From: Camelus ferus
Lineage: Eukaryota
DNA: 64,000 bases
Direction: 5' to 3'
Assembly (NCBI RefSeq): GCF_009834535.1
Contig: NC_045696.1
Span: forward strand, 9,860,001 to 9,924,000
The notes beneath the pieces are model-generated. The model was not told the DNA's origin, did not search any database, and worked only from the letters and a program-made list of their open reading frames with translations. Every line of letters begins with the position of its first letter. Position 1 is the stretch's first letter. Below are positions 11,850 through 25,965 of this stretch, one piece after another. Made by a program: the position numbers and the translations under genes.

Positions 11850-13575
11850 GTAAAAGCACTTTCTCCAAAATATTATAGGACTATAAATCATGCAGTGATA
11901 TATTGGTGTAAAGACAGACACAACAATCATTAGAGCAGAATAGACAGTCTATAAATAGACTGACACACATGTGGTCAACTGATTTGCAAAAAAGTTGCAA
12001 AAGCAATCCAGTGGAGAAAGGATAGTCTTTTCAACAAATGAATCTGGAACAACTTAATGTCTCTATGAGAAAAAATGAACCTTGACCAATATCTCACATC
12101 ATGCGCAAAAATTAACTCAAAATCTATCATAAACCTATTTAGGTAAGACATAAAGCTATAAAACTTTTAGAAGAAGAAAATCTCTGCTACCTGTAGTTAA
12201 AGATTGCTTAGTCGCAATACCAAAAGCACAATTCATAGAAGAAAATGTGGATAAATTGGACCTCATCAAAATTAAAACTTCTACTCTTGAAAAGACACAG
12301 TTAAGAAACAAGTCAGAGACTGTGAGAAAATATTTATAAATCATGTATCTGATGAATAATTTGTGTCCAGAATATATAGAGAAAATTGAAATTCAAAACT
12401 TGACAATAAGAAGACAACTCAATTTTAAGAAGGGGGAAAGGATATAAACAGACACTTCATCAAAGAAAATGACAAATAAGCACATGAAAAGATGCTCAAC
12501 ATCATTAGTCATTAGGAAAATTCAGCTTAAAACCACAGTGAGATACCACTAGATTAGAATGGTTAAAATGAAAAAGACGAGAGCAAATATTGGTGAGGAG
12601 ATGGAGCAACTGCAACTCTTATACACTTCTGATGGGAATGTAAAATGGTACAATCATTTGGTAATTCCTCAAAATGATATACATAGCCTACCATATGACC
12701 CAGTCATTCCACTGCTAGGTAATTACCTAAGATAAATTAAAGCACATGTCCATACAAAGTCTTGTACACAGATGTTCATAACAGCTTAATTTGTAATAGT
12801 CAAAAACTGGAAATGACTCAAGTGAGCATCAACAGATAAACGAAATGTGATAAGTCCATGCAGAGGAATACTACTCAGCAATAAAAAGGAGTAAATGATT
12901 GGCATATTCAACAATGTGGGTGAATCTCAAAAAAATTATGCTGAGTGAAAGAAGCCAGAAGCAAAACAAAAAAAGAAAGAAAGAAAAAAGAAAAAATATA
13001 CACTGAATGATTCCACTCACACAAAATTCTAGAAAATTCAAACTCTAGTGACAGAAAAAGAATCAGTGATTGCTTGGGGTGGAAGTGATAAGAGAGGTTA
13101 CAAAAGGGTGTGAGGAGATAATTTTTAAAAAATACTCTTGATAAAAATAGATGGTGAATCCTATAGAGTATGTGTGGACTCCATCCAGGCAGTATTGATG
13201 TGAGTATTTACAAAAATCTATAGGTAGAATAAATACTCAAACCTACTCCACATGGTTATTTTTGACCTATAAAACATATTAGGTGTGGCAAAGGTATGAA
13301 AGACACTACTAAGATGTTGGCGCCAAATTATGAAATTTTTACTGAGTAATAAAGTGACATAGCTTTCTTGCCTTAGAAGAACTGGCCAATAAAGTTACTT
13401 TCAGATCTTACAACCTAAAAAATGTGGGGGTGAAGAAACTTTGGGAGGTGTGATACATACATTTATTTTCTTAGAGTAATGATTCACAGATCTATATATA
13501 TATATATGTCAATGTTTATCAAATATGTGCCATTATTTTGTATCAATTATGACTCAAAAAACTATAAAAATATAA
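11850..13575 (+). mobile_element. Old L1 (L1MC/ME-like) 3' portion, interrupted at 13119-13425
   Basis: ORF2-end motifs (GGAGAAAGGATAGTCTTTTCAACAAATG, CCATATGACCCAGTCATTCCAC) plus 3'UTR. Confidence 0.88.
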
Positions 13576-15209
13576 ATCATTCACTTTATTATGCTCTGAG
13601 GGAAGTTATTTTAAATCACTGCCCAATATATCTCTAACCCTCCTCTTCCCCTGTTTCCCCTTCCCCTCATTCCTGGATGAGGTCTCAAAACCACACCCAC
13701 CTCTGGTATTTGTATCAATTTTAAAAAAAAGTTCACGTGGAAAGAATTTTGTTAAGTTCTACAGGAGATGCAAAGTTGGATAAGAAATAGTTCATATTTT
13801 CAAGATGTTATAATCCAGATAGAGATAGAAGATATAAGTAAGTTTAAATTGCCTAAGAAGGTAAGACTACTAATTCTAAAAAAAAAAAATGGAAAATATA
13901 TGAAAAGAGGGTGATTAACTGCTTAAAGAAGAGTACAGACAAACATTTCCAAAGAGAGTTACTTTGGGCTGGGATGGTTCAGGAATGTTTCATGTAGGAT
14001 GTGGGATTTGAGCTGGAATGTGAAGAATGGATAACATTTAGATAGATAGAAGAGTAAAGAGAATAAACACAAGATGTTTGGATAGGGTCAGAGGATGGTG
14101 ACATTGAATGAAAAAGTTGGATAGGAAGAAAGGTTTCTGCAGAAGAATCATAAGACTTAACTCTACAAAAGTGGGACCAGAGTTGGAAGGTGTTGAGTGA
14201 CAGGCAGAGTGTCTAAACTCCCAGCCTTTATTTCATCTTAACATGAAGAATTTGTGAGGTAGTGAACCTTTCATTGTTGGAATCATTCAGCAGAGAGTGT
14301 ATGAGCATATATATAGAAAGGAGATAACTTCCTTGGATGGACGAGTCCCTCCCAGTCCTGAGACTCTGGTCACAGACTCATGGGATCTAAAAGAATCATT
14401 AAAGACTACACTGGATATTTTTCTGATAGTATCTTGGTTCCTCTTGGAGTTGACGCCTGTCTCCCAAGCCAGAGTCAACAGGGTCACATTTTCCCCGACT
14501 CCACGCCACGTTCAGCCAGAGAATGGAAGATGATCTAGGTGCAACCATCAGACCCTCTTCTGTGATTTTTGTACCCTGAGTGGATGACTCAGTGACAGGA
14601 GGACCAGTGAGAAGTCATTCACCATGCTGACCAGACTCTGCTCCATGGCTGTGGCTGTTCCTCCTGCTAACCAGCCCTGTAAAGTACTCTTGGTTCTTGG
14701 TGACCACTCTGGCCTCTGGTGAATTCTGTGATTTCCCCAGATATCATTCCAATAAGTTTCATTTTTGCCTAAGACATTAGAGTCTGTTTTTGTGGCATAA
14801 AGCCAAGAACCATGACTGACATAGAGCTCTTTGGATCTTAGTCCTTCAATTCCCTTCATAATCTATTGGCCTTACTTCAGCCCCCTGGGACCTTATGAAG
14901 CAAGTCTATCCTCTCTTCCACATGAGCTCTTCCTATGTCTGAAGACAGCTCTCCAGCCTATCCTAACCTTTTCCTTCCCTGGGCTAAATGCCCTGTGTTC
15001 CTTTGGGCACTCCTCAACTCACATGACCTGGATTGCTTCACAAGCCTGGACACTTTTTCCAAGGGTGCTCAGTTGTTCACACTCAGACCTTTGTGACTCA
15101 ATAAATATTTTTTGAATGAATGAATGAATTTCACCAATTTAAAGTTTTGCTTTTTGTTACAATACCTTTTGTAGAAAATAGTCATTCAGTTCTGTTCTTC
15201 CATGCAAAG

Positions 15210-16380
15210 ACTGTGTAATAGTTAAGGTGCTGGCTCAGCTACTGAAGCAGAGGTCAGAATAACAGGGGCTTAAATAAGACCGTTTATTTCTCTTACATGG
15301 AAAGGTCTAAATGTAAGTAGGGCTGGGGAACCAGGCTCTTTCTAGGTTGTTGCTCTCCATATACAACGCATGACTTCTATCTTGTGGTCCAGCATGGCCC
15401 TTCCTGCTCCCAGGACCATGTTCACATTCCAGGAGACGGAAGGAAAAAGAGAAGAAAAGGCTTGCAGCATTCCTTTTAAGGAATGTTCCGGAAGTTACAC
15501 CCATCACATCCACACATTTTCTGTGGATCAAAACTTAGTCTTATGGCCTTGCCTTGCCTTCAGGAGGGGCTGGGAAATATTGCTTTTGCTGGGAGAGAAT
15601 GATGAACTAACAGTTTCAACAACAGACCATGTAATGCAATTTGGGAATCTTTGGGTAAACTACTCTAAGTATAATAGATGTTACACAAGTCACAAGTGGT
15701 TAATTGGCTGTAACTTTCTCATACTCAGTGTTTGGTATTGGTATTTTGCAAATGACTATCAGGCCAGACTTACTTTAAGAGTTGAGTTTTAGGTAAATTC
15801 AATTTCATGGACTTACCAGGGGACATACTTTGGACCAGTCTTGTACTTAGAACCCAAAGGTCAGACCTACAGCAGAAAGTTCTTCTAACTGAGGCAACCA
15901 AACAGCTATTTCTTTTTAAAATAAAAACCATGAGTTTGCTCCATATAAAGAGTTTAATATACTTTCAGGCATATTAGATTGTATTTTTTTGGTTACAAAT
16001 AATAGAAACGGACTCTATTTTGTTCTGAAGGGAGAGATGAGTTATAATTAGTGTACCAGATGTCTCCCAAGACCCAAGGCAATGTGCAGCTGACTGGGCT
16101 TCTGGAACAGACTAGAACCCGGATGCTCTCCATCTTTTGTTTCTGTTTCTCGGCCATTAGCTCAATTCTTCCCTCTCTAAAACGACCCTTTTTCTCTGCT
16201 CTCCAGTCTGCAACAGTAGATGACGGCTATTCCCAGCTCTTTGGTCTGCATATGATACTTCTAGCCACCTTGATATAGTCTGAGGCTCTCTTTCAACTGG
16301 AACTCTTCTTAGTCTCGCTTGGATTAGTGGTCACTTTGGGCCAATCAGTCAACTCTAAATAGAAGGTCAAATCCTATCAT
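15210..16380. mobile_element. Old MaLR (MLT1-type) LTR fragments
   Basis: GGCTTAAATAAGACCGTTTATTTCTCTTAC and TTTGGTTACAAATAATAGAAAC motifs. Confidence 0.45.
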
Positions 16381-16771
16381 TATGATAGCCAAGATACCTC
16401 TGAACCTGGTAGATTTAGGGGTTCATGACTGGGGAGGAATAATATGCAGCAAAGAGGAGGCTAGAAAGGCATCCCAACAGGTGTCTTCTCCACCCATATG
16501 TGAGTGGAGGATTGTCATGAGCAGAATGAATTTAGAAATACAGCTGTGAGATCTATGACACTGAGACAGATTAGAAACATGATGAAATGGAGTTGGGGGA
16601 GAAACTGAGTCTTCCTCAAGACACTCTTGGTCATAAGTAACAGAACCCATACAAAGGCTCTTAAACATAGCACTTGAGATTTTTAATATCTGAAGAAGAC
16701 TATTACATGCAGAGCGTCACCTATAGTTATTTGTTGTAAATAATATTCAAGTTGTTAAAGTTGTAATTTTT

Positions 16772-19700
16772 TTTACATCCTTAGTACTTATTTATCTTAT
16801 AACTGGAAGTTTGTATCTTTTGGCTACCTTCATCCAACTCAAATCCCCCTAGCATCCACCTCTGGTAACTGCAAATCTGATCTTTCTTCCTATGAGTTGA
16901 CTTGTTTCTTTGTTTTTGAAGTATAATTGACCTACAAAACTATGTTATTTCCTATGAGACAACATAGTGATTTGATATTTTGATATATTTCAAAATGATC
17001 ACCATGATAAGTCTAGTTCTAATCTGTCACCATACAAAGATATTGTGTAATTATTGACTATATTCTCTGCACTGTACATTTTATAACCATGACCCATTTA
17101 TTCTGCAGCTGGAAGTTTATGCCTCTTAATCTCCTTCATCTATTTCTTTCCTCCCCTACCCTACCCCATGACAATCACCTGTTTGTTCTGTATAACTCTG
17201 TTTTGTTATGTCTGTTCATTTGCTTTGTTTTTTAGGTTTCACATATAAGTGAAATCATGCAGTATTTGCCCTTTTTCTGTCTAACTTATTTCACTTAGCA
17301 TAATACGCTCTAGGTCCATCTATGTTGTCACAAAGGACAAGATTTCATTCTTTTTCATAGCTGTGTAATATTCCACTGTCTATATATATATGTGTGTGTG
17401 TATATTTTCCATATGTTTTTTATCCATTCATCTACTGATGAGCACTTAGGTTGCTTCCATATCTTGGGTATTGTAAATATGCTGCAATGAACATAGGGGT
17501 GCATATATATTTTCAAATTAGTGCTTTTGTTTTCTTTGGGTAAATACCCAGAGTGGAATTGCTGGATCATATGATAGTTCTATTTTTAATTTTTTGAGGG
17601 ATCTCCATAGGGTATTCCATAGTGGCTGCACCAATTTACATTCCCACCAACAGTGCTTGAAGATTCCCTGTTCTCCATATGCTCACCAACACTTGTTATT
17701 TCTTGTTTTTTGATCATCAGTTGTAAGGAAATATCTCATTGTGGTTTTGATTTACATTTCCCTGCTGATGAGTAATGTTAAGCATCTTTTCATGTCCCTG
17801 TTGCTCACCTTTATGTCTTCCTTGGAAAACTGTCTATTCAGAGTCTCTGCCCATTTTTCAGTTGGGTTATTTGTTTTTTTTGATGTTGAATTTTTTTTAT
17901 GTATGCGTTATTTGTGTATTTCGGATATTAATCTCCTATTGGACACATCATTTGCAAATATCTTTTCCCATTCAGTAGGCAGCCTTTCATTTTATTGATA
18001 GTTTCCTTCACCATGTAAAAGCTTCTTAATTTAATATAGTCCCATTTGTTTATTTTTGCTTTTGTTTCCCTTGCCTGAGGAGACACATCCAATAAAGTAT
18101 TACTGAGACCAATGTCAAAACCATTTTCTGCATCTATTGAGATGATCGACATATTCTTCAAATTGTTAATGTGGCATATCACATTGATTGATTTGTGGGC
18201 ATTGAATCACCCTGGCATCCCTGTGTATAGTCCACTTGATCATTGTGTATGATCCTTTTAATGTATTGTTGAATTCAGTTTGCTAATATTTTGTGGAGGA
18301 TTTTTGCATCTATGTTCATCAGTAATACTGGCTTCTAATTTTCATTTTGTGATGTATTTGTCTGATTTTGGTGTCAGGGTGATGGTGGCCTCATAGAATG
18401 AGTTCAAAAAATTCCTTTCTTTGCAATTTTTTTGGAATAGTTTGAGAAGGATAGGTATTAATGCTTCTTTAAGTGGTAGAATGCAGGGCTGTTAAAATGC
18501 ATTTGAACTTGAGAGATCATAATTTTTAAAAGACATCATAAGATAATCATGTATTCCTATATAAATACATTAAAAATTTTATATATTACTGTATATAAAA
18601 CTTATGGTAACTACAGACCAAAAATCTATAATAGATAAACACACACAAAGAGAAAGGAATCTAAACATAACAATAAAAATAATCATAAGTCACAAGGAAG
18701 AGTGCAAAAGAAGAAACAAGAAAGACCTACAAAAACAATACCAAAACATTTTGCAAAATGGCATTAGGTACATGCCTATCAATAATTAATTTAAATATTA
18801 AATGCTCCAATCAAAGGACAGAGAGTTGCTGAGTGGATACAAAAACGAGACCCATATATTTGCTGTCTACAAGAGATCCACTTCAGATCTAGAGACATAT
18901 ATAGACTGAAAATGAGCGGATGAAAAAATGTATTCCATGCAAATGGAAACCAAAAGAAAGCTGAAGTAGTAATAGTTAGATAAAATAGAATTTAAAATAA
19001 ATACTGTTACAAGAGACAAAGAAGGACACTACATAATGATCAAAGGATCAATCCAAGAAGAAGATATAAAAACTGTGAATATATGTGCACCTAACATAGG
19101 AGAACCTCAATATATAAGGCAACTATTAACAGACATAAAAGGAGAAATTGACAGTAACACAATAACAGTGGGAGAACTTAACACCCCATTTACATCAATG
19201 GACACATCATCCTGACAGAAAATCAATAAGGAGATACAGGCCATAAATAACACACTAGACCAGATGGACATAATTGATATTTATAGAGCATTCTACCCAA
19301 ATGCAGCAGAAGGAAGCACACTCTTCTCAAGTGCACATGGAACATTCTCTAGGATAGACCATGTGCTGGGCGACAAAGCAAGCCTTGGTAAACTTAAGAA
19401 AACTGAAATCATGCCAAGCATCTTTTCTGACCACAGTGCTATGAGATTAGAAATCAAATACAGGAAAAAAAGTTTCAAAAACCACAAGCCCATGAAGGCT
19501 AAATAATATGCTATTAAACAACTAATGGGTCACTGAATAAATCAAAGAGGAATTCAAAAAGTACCTAGGGACAGATGAAAATGAAAACACAACAATCCAA
19601 AAACCTATGTGATGCAGAAAAAACAGTTCTAAGAGGAAAGTTTATAGCAATACAAGTGTACCACAGGAAACAATAAGTATCTCAAATAAACAACCTAACC

Positions 19701-20172
19701 TTATACCTAAAGCAACTAGAAAAAGAACAAACAAAATCCAAAGTTAGTACAAGGAAAGAAATCATAAAGATGAGAACAGAAATAAATGAAAGAGAGACCA
19801 AAAAAAAAAAATGAATAGAAAAGATCAATGGAACTAAAAGCTGGTTCTTTGAAAAGATAAACAAGATTGATAAACCTTTAGCCAGACTCAACAAGAAAAA
19901 AAAAGGGAGAGGACCCAAATCAGAAATGAAAAAGGAGAAATTACAACTGGCACCACAGAAATACAAATGACCGTGAGAGAGTACTATGAGCAACTATATG
20001 CCAGTAAAACAGACAACCTGGAAGAGATGGACAGATTCCTAGAATTGTGCAGCTGCCCCAGATTGAACCAGGAAGGAGTAGAAAATATGGACAGAGCAGT
20101 TACCAGTAATGAAATTGAATCAGTCATTTCAAAAACTCCCAACAAAAAGGCCCAGATGACTTCACAGGTAAA
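16772..20172 (-). mobile_element. L1 with 5' inversion: minus 3' part 16772-18472 (internal deletion near 18120); plus inverted part 18473-20172 incl. ORF2 endonuclease
   Basis: Endonuclease motifs on plus (DIYRAFYP, FSSAHGTFSRIDH, FSDH). ORF2 end and 3'UTR on minus. Confidence 0.88.
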
Positions 20173-20174
20173 TT

Positions 20175-21658
20175 TTTTTTAAAGACTTTATTTCTTTAGA
20201 GCAGTTTTAGATTACAGCAAAATTGAGCAGAATGTACAGAGACTTCCCCATATACTCTTATGCCCCCACACATACACAACCTCCACCATTGGCAACATCC
20301 CCCACCACAGTAGTATATTTGCTACAATTAATGAACCTACATTGATACTTTATCACTCAAAGTCTATAGTGAACATTAGAGTTCACTCCTGGTGTACATT
20401 GTATGGTTTGGGGTAAATGTATAATGACGTGTCCACTGTTATAGTATCGTAATAGAGTATTTTCGCTTCCCTAAAAACCCTTTATGCTCTGCCTGTTCAT
20501 CCTTCCCTCCTCCCTAACCCCTGGCAGTCATTGATCTTTTTACTGTCTCCATAATTTTACCTTTTCCATAATGTCATATAATTGAAATAGAATGTAGCCT
20601 CTTTAAATACAACAAATACAATCTATGAAAAAAAGAACAACCTGACAGAAAAATGGGCTAAAGGCCTTAATAGACATCTTACCAAAGAAGATAAACACAT
20701 GGCAAATAAGCATATGAAAACACGCTCCACATCACAGGTTGTCAGGAAAACGCTAATTAAAACAATAGTAAGATATCACAACACGTATATTAGAATGGTC
20801 AAAATCCAGAACTCCAACAACACCAAATGCTGGTGAGGATGGGGAATGACAGAAACTACCATTCATTACTGGTGGGAATATAAAATGATACAGCCACTTC
20901 GGAAGACAGTCTGGTGATTTCTTACAAAACTAAATATATTCTTACCATATAATCCAGCAATCATGCTCCTTGGTACTTACCCAGAGAGGTGAAAACTTAC
21001 ATCCACACAAAAAACTTCACATGGATGTTTATAGCAGCTTTGTTCATAATTGCCAAAACTTGGGGAAACCAAGATGTCCTTCAACAGGTGAATGAATAAA
21101 GGAACTGTAAAATGTGAAACAAAATGGAGTCGCTTATGTCAAGGGAGCCAAGAAGCCATTAAGGAGGTCAAACTTACACACATCCTCCAGTGGTGGAACC
21201 ATGAACTTTTGAACTGGGCCAAATCATAAATACTCCAAGGACTCTGAAAGAACACCTGCAACTTGTCACAGTAATTAACTTTTTCTTCCCTCTAGTGATA
21301 GCCTTAGCAATCAATCATGTTTAGCTAAGACTAGCTTCTGCCTCCAACTCCAATTAAAATTCTTTGTAATGCAAACCTCTCATCATTGCCTTTAAATGTC
21401 CCTGACTTTTGCTCCCTAGCGGGAAACTGTTTGGGTTGCTACCTAAATCACTGTGCCCCAAACTGCAATCTTTGATCCCAAATGAACTATTTTTGCTTGG
21501 TTATTGCCTTCTAAGTTATAGTAGGTTGACAAAACTATTGTACATCCAAACAGAGATATATTATTCAGTAATAAAAAGAAATAAGCTATCAAGCCATAGC
21601 AAGACATGGAGGAAATGTAAGTACATATTACTAAGTAAAAGAAGTCAATCTGAAAAGT
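20175..21658 (-). mobile_element. L1MC-like 3' portion with inversion (minus 20175-20600, plus 20601-21658), carrying a nested LTR
   Basis: TTTAGAGCAGTTTTAGATTACAGCAAAATTGAGCAG 3' end on minus. ORF2-end sequence on plus. Confidence 0.8.
21106..21531 (+). mobile_element. ERV1-type solo LTR (~426 bp, MER34/MER39-like)
   Basis: TG...CA termini (TGTAAAATG...GGTTGACA), AAAATGGAGTC motif and 4-bp flanks GAAC/AAAC. It interrupts otherwise contiguous L1 sequence. Confidence 0.75.
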
Positions 21659-22049
21659 TGTCTCATTTTAAAACCTAGGGTTTTTTAACCCCTTATGTTT
21701 AACTTGCAGTCTTATTCTTATGTGTGGTAGTTTTTACATAAAAATGATATTAATTGCCTTCATTTTCCCCTGATTAATGTTTAACATAGTAAATCCTCCT
21801 AAATAATTAGCCTTATTTATAAACTTATTATTTAATTTCCTGAAATATTTTAAGTGCATTTAAAATTTAAAAATAATCTGTTTCTCTAAAACACTTCAAA
21901 CAACTGACATGGCAAACTTATAAAACAGACAAGTAAAATCTTCCTAAACCTTTAAGCAATTATTGAAATTTAATAAATCTAACGAGTGAAGTTTCTTAAA
22001 ACTCATGGTGGATGACTGCAAAGTACTTTTTGATGTTAATTCTTCCCTT

Positions 22050-22450
22050 TTTCCTGTTAGCTAAAACTGCTGAGTTTCAGCTGGACACATGTCCACCCAA
22101 TAGTAGGCTACCTTTTTGCCGTTAGCTGTGGTCATGTGACTAAGATTGGGCCAGTGGGATATGAGCGGATATGATGTATGCTACAACCAGATCATCTCCT
22201 TTAAGACACTTGCCCTGGACACATTTCTTTCCCACCTTTCCTGGTTGTTATGATGTGTCAACATCAACCACACTGATGAAGATGACAAGTTAAGCCAAGG
22301 CAGAGTCAAAGTAGAGAAAGGCTCAATTCCCTAGAAGACCTCACATTGCAAAGCTGCTTGGCCCACAGCTCTGGACCACTCACCACTTGACTGCTACATG
22401 AACATGAAACAAACCTCTGTCATCTTTCAGGCATTGTACTTTGGGGTTAA
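22050..22450 (+). mobile_element. MaLR LTR (MLT1J-like)
   Basis: GTTAGCTGTGGTCATGTGACTAAGATTGGGCCAGTGGGATATGAGCGGA motif. Confidence 0.6.
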
Positions 22451-22646
22451 TACAATTTTCAAAGACTACATGCAAGTTTAATTAACTATATCCTCTTAAT
22501 GTTTCAAATTAAAATCACAAGTCTAATATGCCAGGTTCTCTAATATGTTAGATTTTCTTCAATGTTTCAAGATTCTTTAAATAACACACGGATTATAATG
22601 ATGATTAAAAACTTGTTTCTAACCTCACCAAAGAAGGAATGCTATA

Positions 22647-25600
22647 AAGTTGACCCTTGAGCAATGCAGGGATTAGAGGCGCTGATCCCTCTTGCAGCTG
22701 AAAAATCATGTATAATTTTCAGTCCCCCAAAAGTTAACTACTAATAGGCTGCTGTTACCTGGAAGCCTTACCAAACATAAACAGTTGACATACATATTTT
22801 GTATGTTATATGTATTTTATACTTTATTATTACAATAAAGTAAGCTAGAAAAAAGAAAATTTTATTAAGAAAATCATAGAGAAAATACATTTACAGTACT
22901 GTACCACTTTTATTGATATCTTAAGTTTATGTTGTGTGTTTACAAAATTAATTGTCAGTTCCTACCTCAATATTGTCTTCAGTGATACAAAACACTGTAG
23001 ATGTTACATGTATTACTAACCCTAGATATTAAAAATGAAAAGATAATGTAAAGCAAAAATTCATATTTATTTTCATGTATAATATTTATGTACTGATAAC
23101 AAAGAAGCAGCAATATATTGCCCTATTATAGCCTAGTGTAATCAGTTTGGTTGTTTCATGATGACCCAGCCTATACACTAATGGATGAATCATTATAAAG
23201 TATTTGTGGCAAACAGTATTCTAGTCATATTCATAATACAGTATTGAAAACATTGTTACATTTTTTAAAAAGCCACTTACCTGTGATGATAGGCTGATAC
23301 ACAGTTTCTCCAATTACAAAGGAGAGAGGTATACTGTAAAGTAATGCAATTCTTTGAAAGCAAGGTTGTAAAACAGTAAGAAAATGAATGCACTATTAAC
23401 TTTATATTCACTGTGGCTCATTATGCCTATGTAAGGAGAGGCTAGCTACCTGAGTACAAGTCTTACACGTGATGTTCTACATGATAAACACTTAAGCGAT
23501 GATGATGACACATAAATGTCTCACACTGTTCTCACTCTACAGTTATTCACACAGAGACTCTCACATATACACCAGGATAAGTTTATTAACTGTATGGCAG
23601 GATGATTATTTCCTATTCATTAAGTGGAATTGGATCATCATAAAGGTCTTCATCGTCATCATCTTCAGGTCGAATAGGCTCAGAGGGAGGAGGAGATAGA
23701 GGGGGTGGGTCTTGCTGTCTCGGGGTGACAGAGGTGGGGGAGGTGGAAGGCGAGGCAGGAGAGGCAGGTTCAGTTGCTGCAACTTTATGGAAATACACCA
23801 TAATGTCTGACTTCTTTGCTTTTTCATTTCTCTAAAAGTGTTTCCACACGTTACCAATCCTTCTTCCACTATTTGCTTTAGTCCCAGTGCCCATATCATA
23901 GAAGGGTCCATGTCATAAAAGAAGTCAAAAGCAGTCTTGAATAATTGGAACCCTTCTGCCAGACTCTCTGATTCAGTTTATTTTCCGGCACTGTTTTTTC
24001 TATGTCTTCTTCCTCATCGTCTGGTACTGATTCAGAAGCACACACCTCCACCAAGTCATCTCCTGTTAAATCCTCTGGTATGGTGTCTATTAGCTCTTGA
24101 ATTTCTTCAAGATCCATATCTTGAAACCCTTCACCCCTCACCTTTTTTGCCATATCCGCAATCTCTTTAATGATTTCCTTGATTGGCTCTGTCGTAAATC
24201 CTGTGAAGTCACGCACACCATCTGGACACAGTTTTCTCCAGCAGAAATGTATTGTTTCAGGCTTGAAGGCTTCCATAGATTTTCCTATAAAAACGATGGC
24301 ATCTTCAGTGATGTAATCCCTCAAGACTTTCATGATGTTCTCTCTACTGGCATTCTTTTCCATAGCATTGACAATTCTTTCCACAGAGTACCGTCTAAGA
24401 TGAGCTTTAAAGATTCTTATGATCTAGAGGCTGAATTAGAGATGTCGTTTTCAGGGGCAATTAGACCCCTTCACTGTCTTCAGTGTCGAATTCATGGGGT
24501 TTTAGTGGCCAGAGGCATCGTCTAATATCAAAAGAACTTTAAAAGGCAGGCCCTTACTGGCAATGTATTTCCTGACTTCAGGGATAATGCATCGATGGAA
24601 CCAATCCAGAAAAAGTGTTCTTGTTGTCCAGACCTTCTTGTTTTATAATCAGCGGTCCTAATCACAAACCCAACTGCATTTGCACAAAACAGTAGAGTTA
24701 GCCTACCCCTTTTGCCTTAAATCTCAGTGCTCATTTCTCTTCCTTACTAATAGATCTTCTTTGTGGCATTTTTTTTTCCAGAATAGGGCATTTTATCTGC
24801 GTTTAAAACCTATTCAGGTAGATATCCTTTCTCCTCAATGATTTTCTTAATGGTATCTGGGAACCCCTCTGCCTGTTGGTCAGCATAAGCTGCTTTTCCT
24901 GCCATCCCAACATTTTCTGAGCCAAATCTCTTTCTAAAATTATCAAACCATCCTTTGCTGGCATTAAATTCTCCAGTTTTAGATCTTTCACCTACTTTTT
25001 GTTTTAAGTTGTCATGTAGGGACTATGTGTTTTCTCAAGTCATATCAAAGTCTATGGGTATACCTTTCCTATAGCAATCCACATAAAAGCTGCGTTTTCA
25101 AAAAGATATTCTACAGAAGCTCAAGATTTTCACACCTACTGGCATAGCTCCAGCAACAGCTCCGTGAATTCCCTTTTCTTTTCTTATAAGGGTCTTTACA
25201 CTGGATTCATTTATCTTTAAATGGCTGGCAACCACAGCTGCAGACCTCAAGCTATGCAAGCTATGGCACATGTGAAGCAATTCAACTCTTTCTTGTAAAG
25301 TCATGACTTTTCTCTGCTTCTTGGGAGAACTTCCAGCATCACTAGTGACACTTCGTATGGGTCCGAGGGCATTCTTTGAGGTTTACAGTCTTGCACTTTA
25401 AACACAATGAAAAGTAAGCCAGAACCAAGAGAGGTCACTTTTTACTCTGAAATGCAATTTACTGGAGAGACTAACTGCTCACGCAGAGACGACGAGTGTC
25501 ATGCAGCATTTTAAGCAGATATTCATAACACTTGAGCTCACTGCAATACAACAGGAGGTGGCTACGAAACTGTCACAACAGTAGAGTATGTACTACTGTT

Positions 25601-25965
25601 AATTTTATGCAGCTATGATTTAATATTGCATCTTTACATTTGTTTACATTTCTCTCAACAGCAAATGGCACCCTGTATGATCTGTCTGTGTAAGTAAGTT
25701 TTGATCAGTTTTGTTTATAATCAAGTTGTGTTTATTTTATGGTAATAAATAATAAAATGGACTAGCATCTACAGATATTTTGTGCATTCATGACTTATCT
25801 AACTTGTTCCTAATTTTTTTGATATTTTTAGGCCACACAGTTTGTGAGTTTTTTCAAATTGTTTCAAATCTCAAAACTTTTTTCCAATATATCCATTGGA
25901 AAAAAAATCTGTGTATAAGTGGAACTGCACAGTTCGAACCTGTGTTGTTGTTCAAGGGTCAACTG
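22647..25965 (-). mobile_element. Near full-length Tigger2-family (Tigger2f-like) TcMar DNA transposon
   Basis: Terminal inverted repeats AGTTGACCCTTGA / TTCAAGGGTCAACTG, each flanked by TA (22645-22646, 25966-25967). Length is 3.3 kb. Confidence 0.9.
23606..25370 (-). pseudogene. Decayed Tigger (pogo/CENP-B-like DDE) transposase
   Basis: Minus ORF pieces MTLQERVELL..INESSV (N-terminal HTH), KPETIHFCWRKLCP..DFTGF, GEGFQDMDLEEIQELID and an acidic tail. Broken by stops and frameshifts. Confidence 0.88.

Noticed and set aside
23896..24384. 162-aa ORF resembling TIGD1-like proteins
   Set aside because: It is a fragment of a TIR-flanked, frameshifted Tigger transposase, not a domesticated gene.
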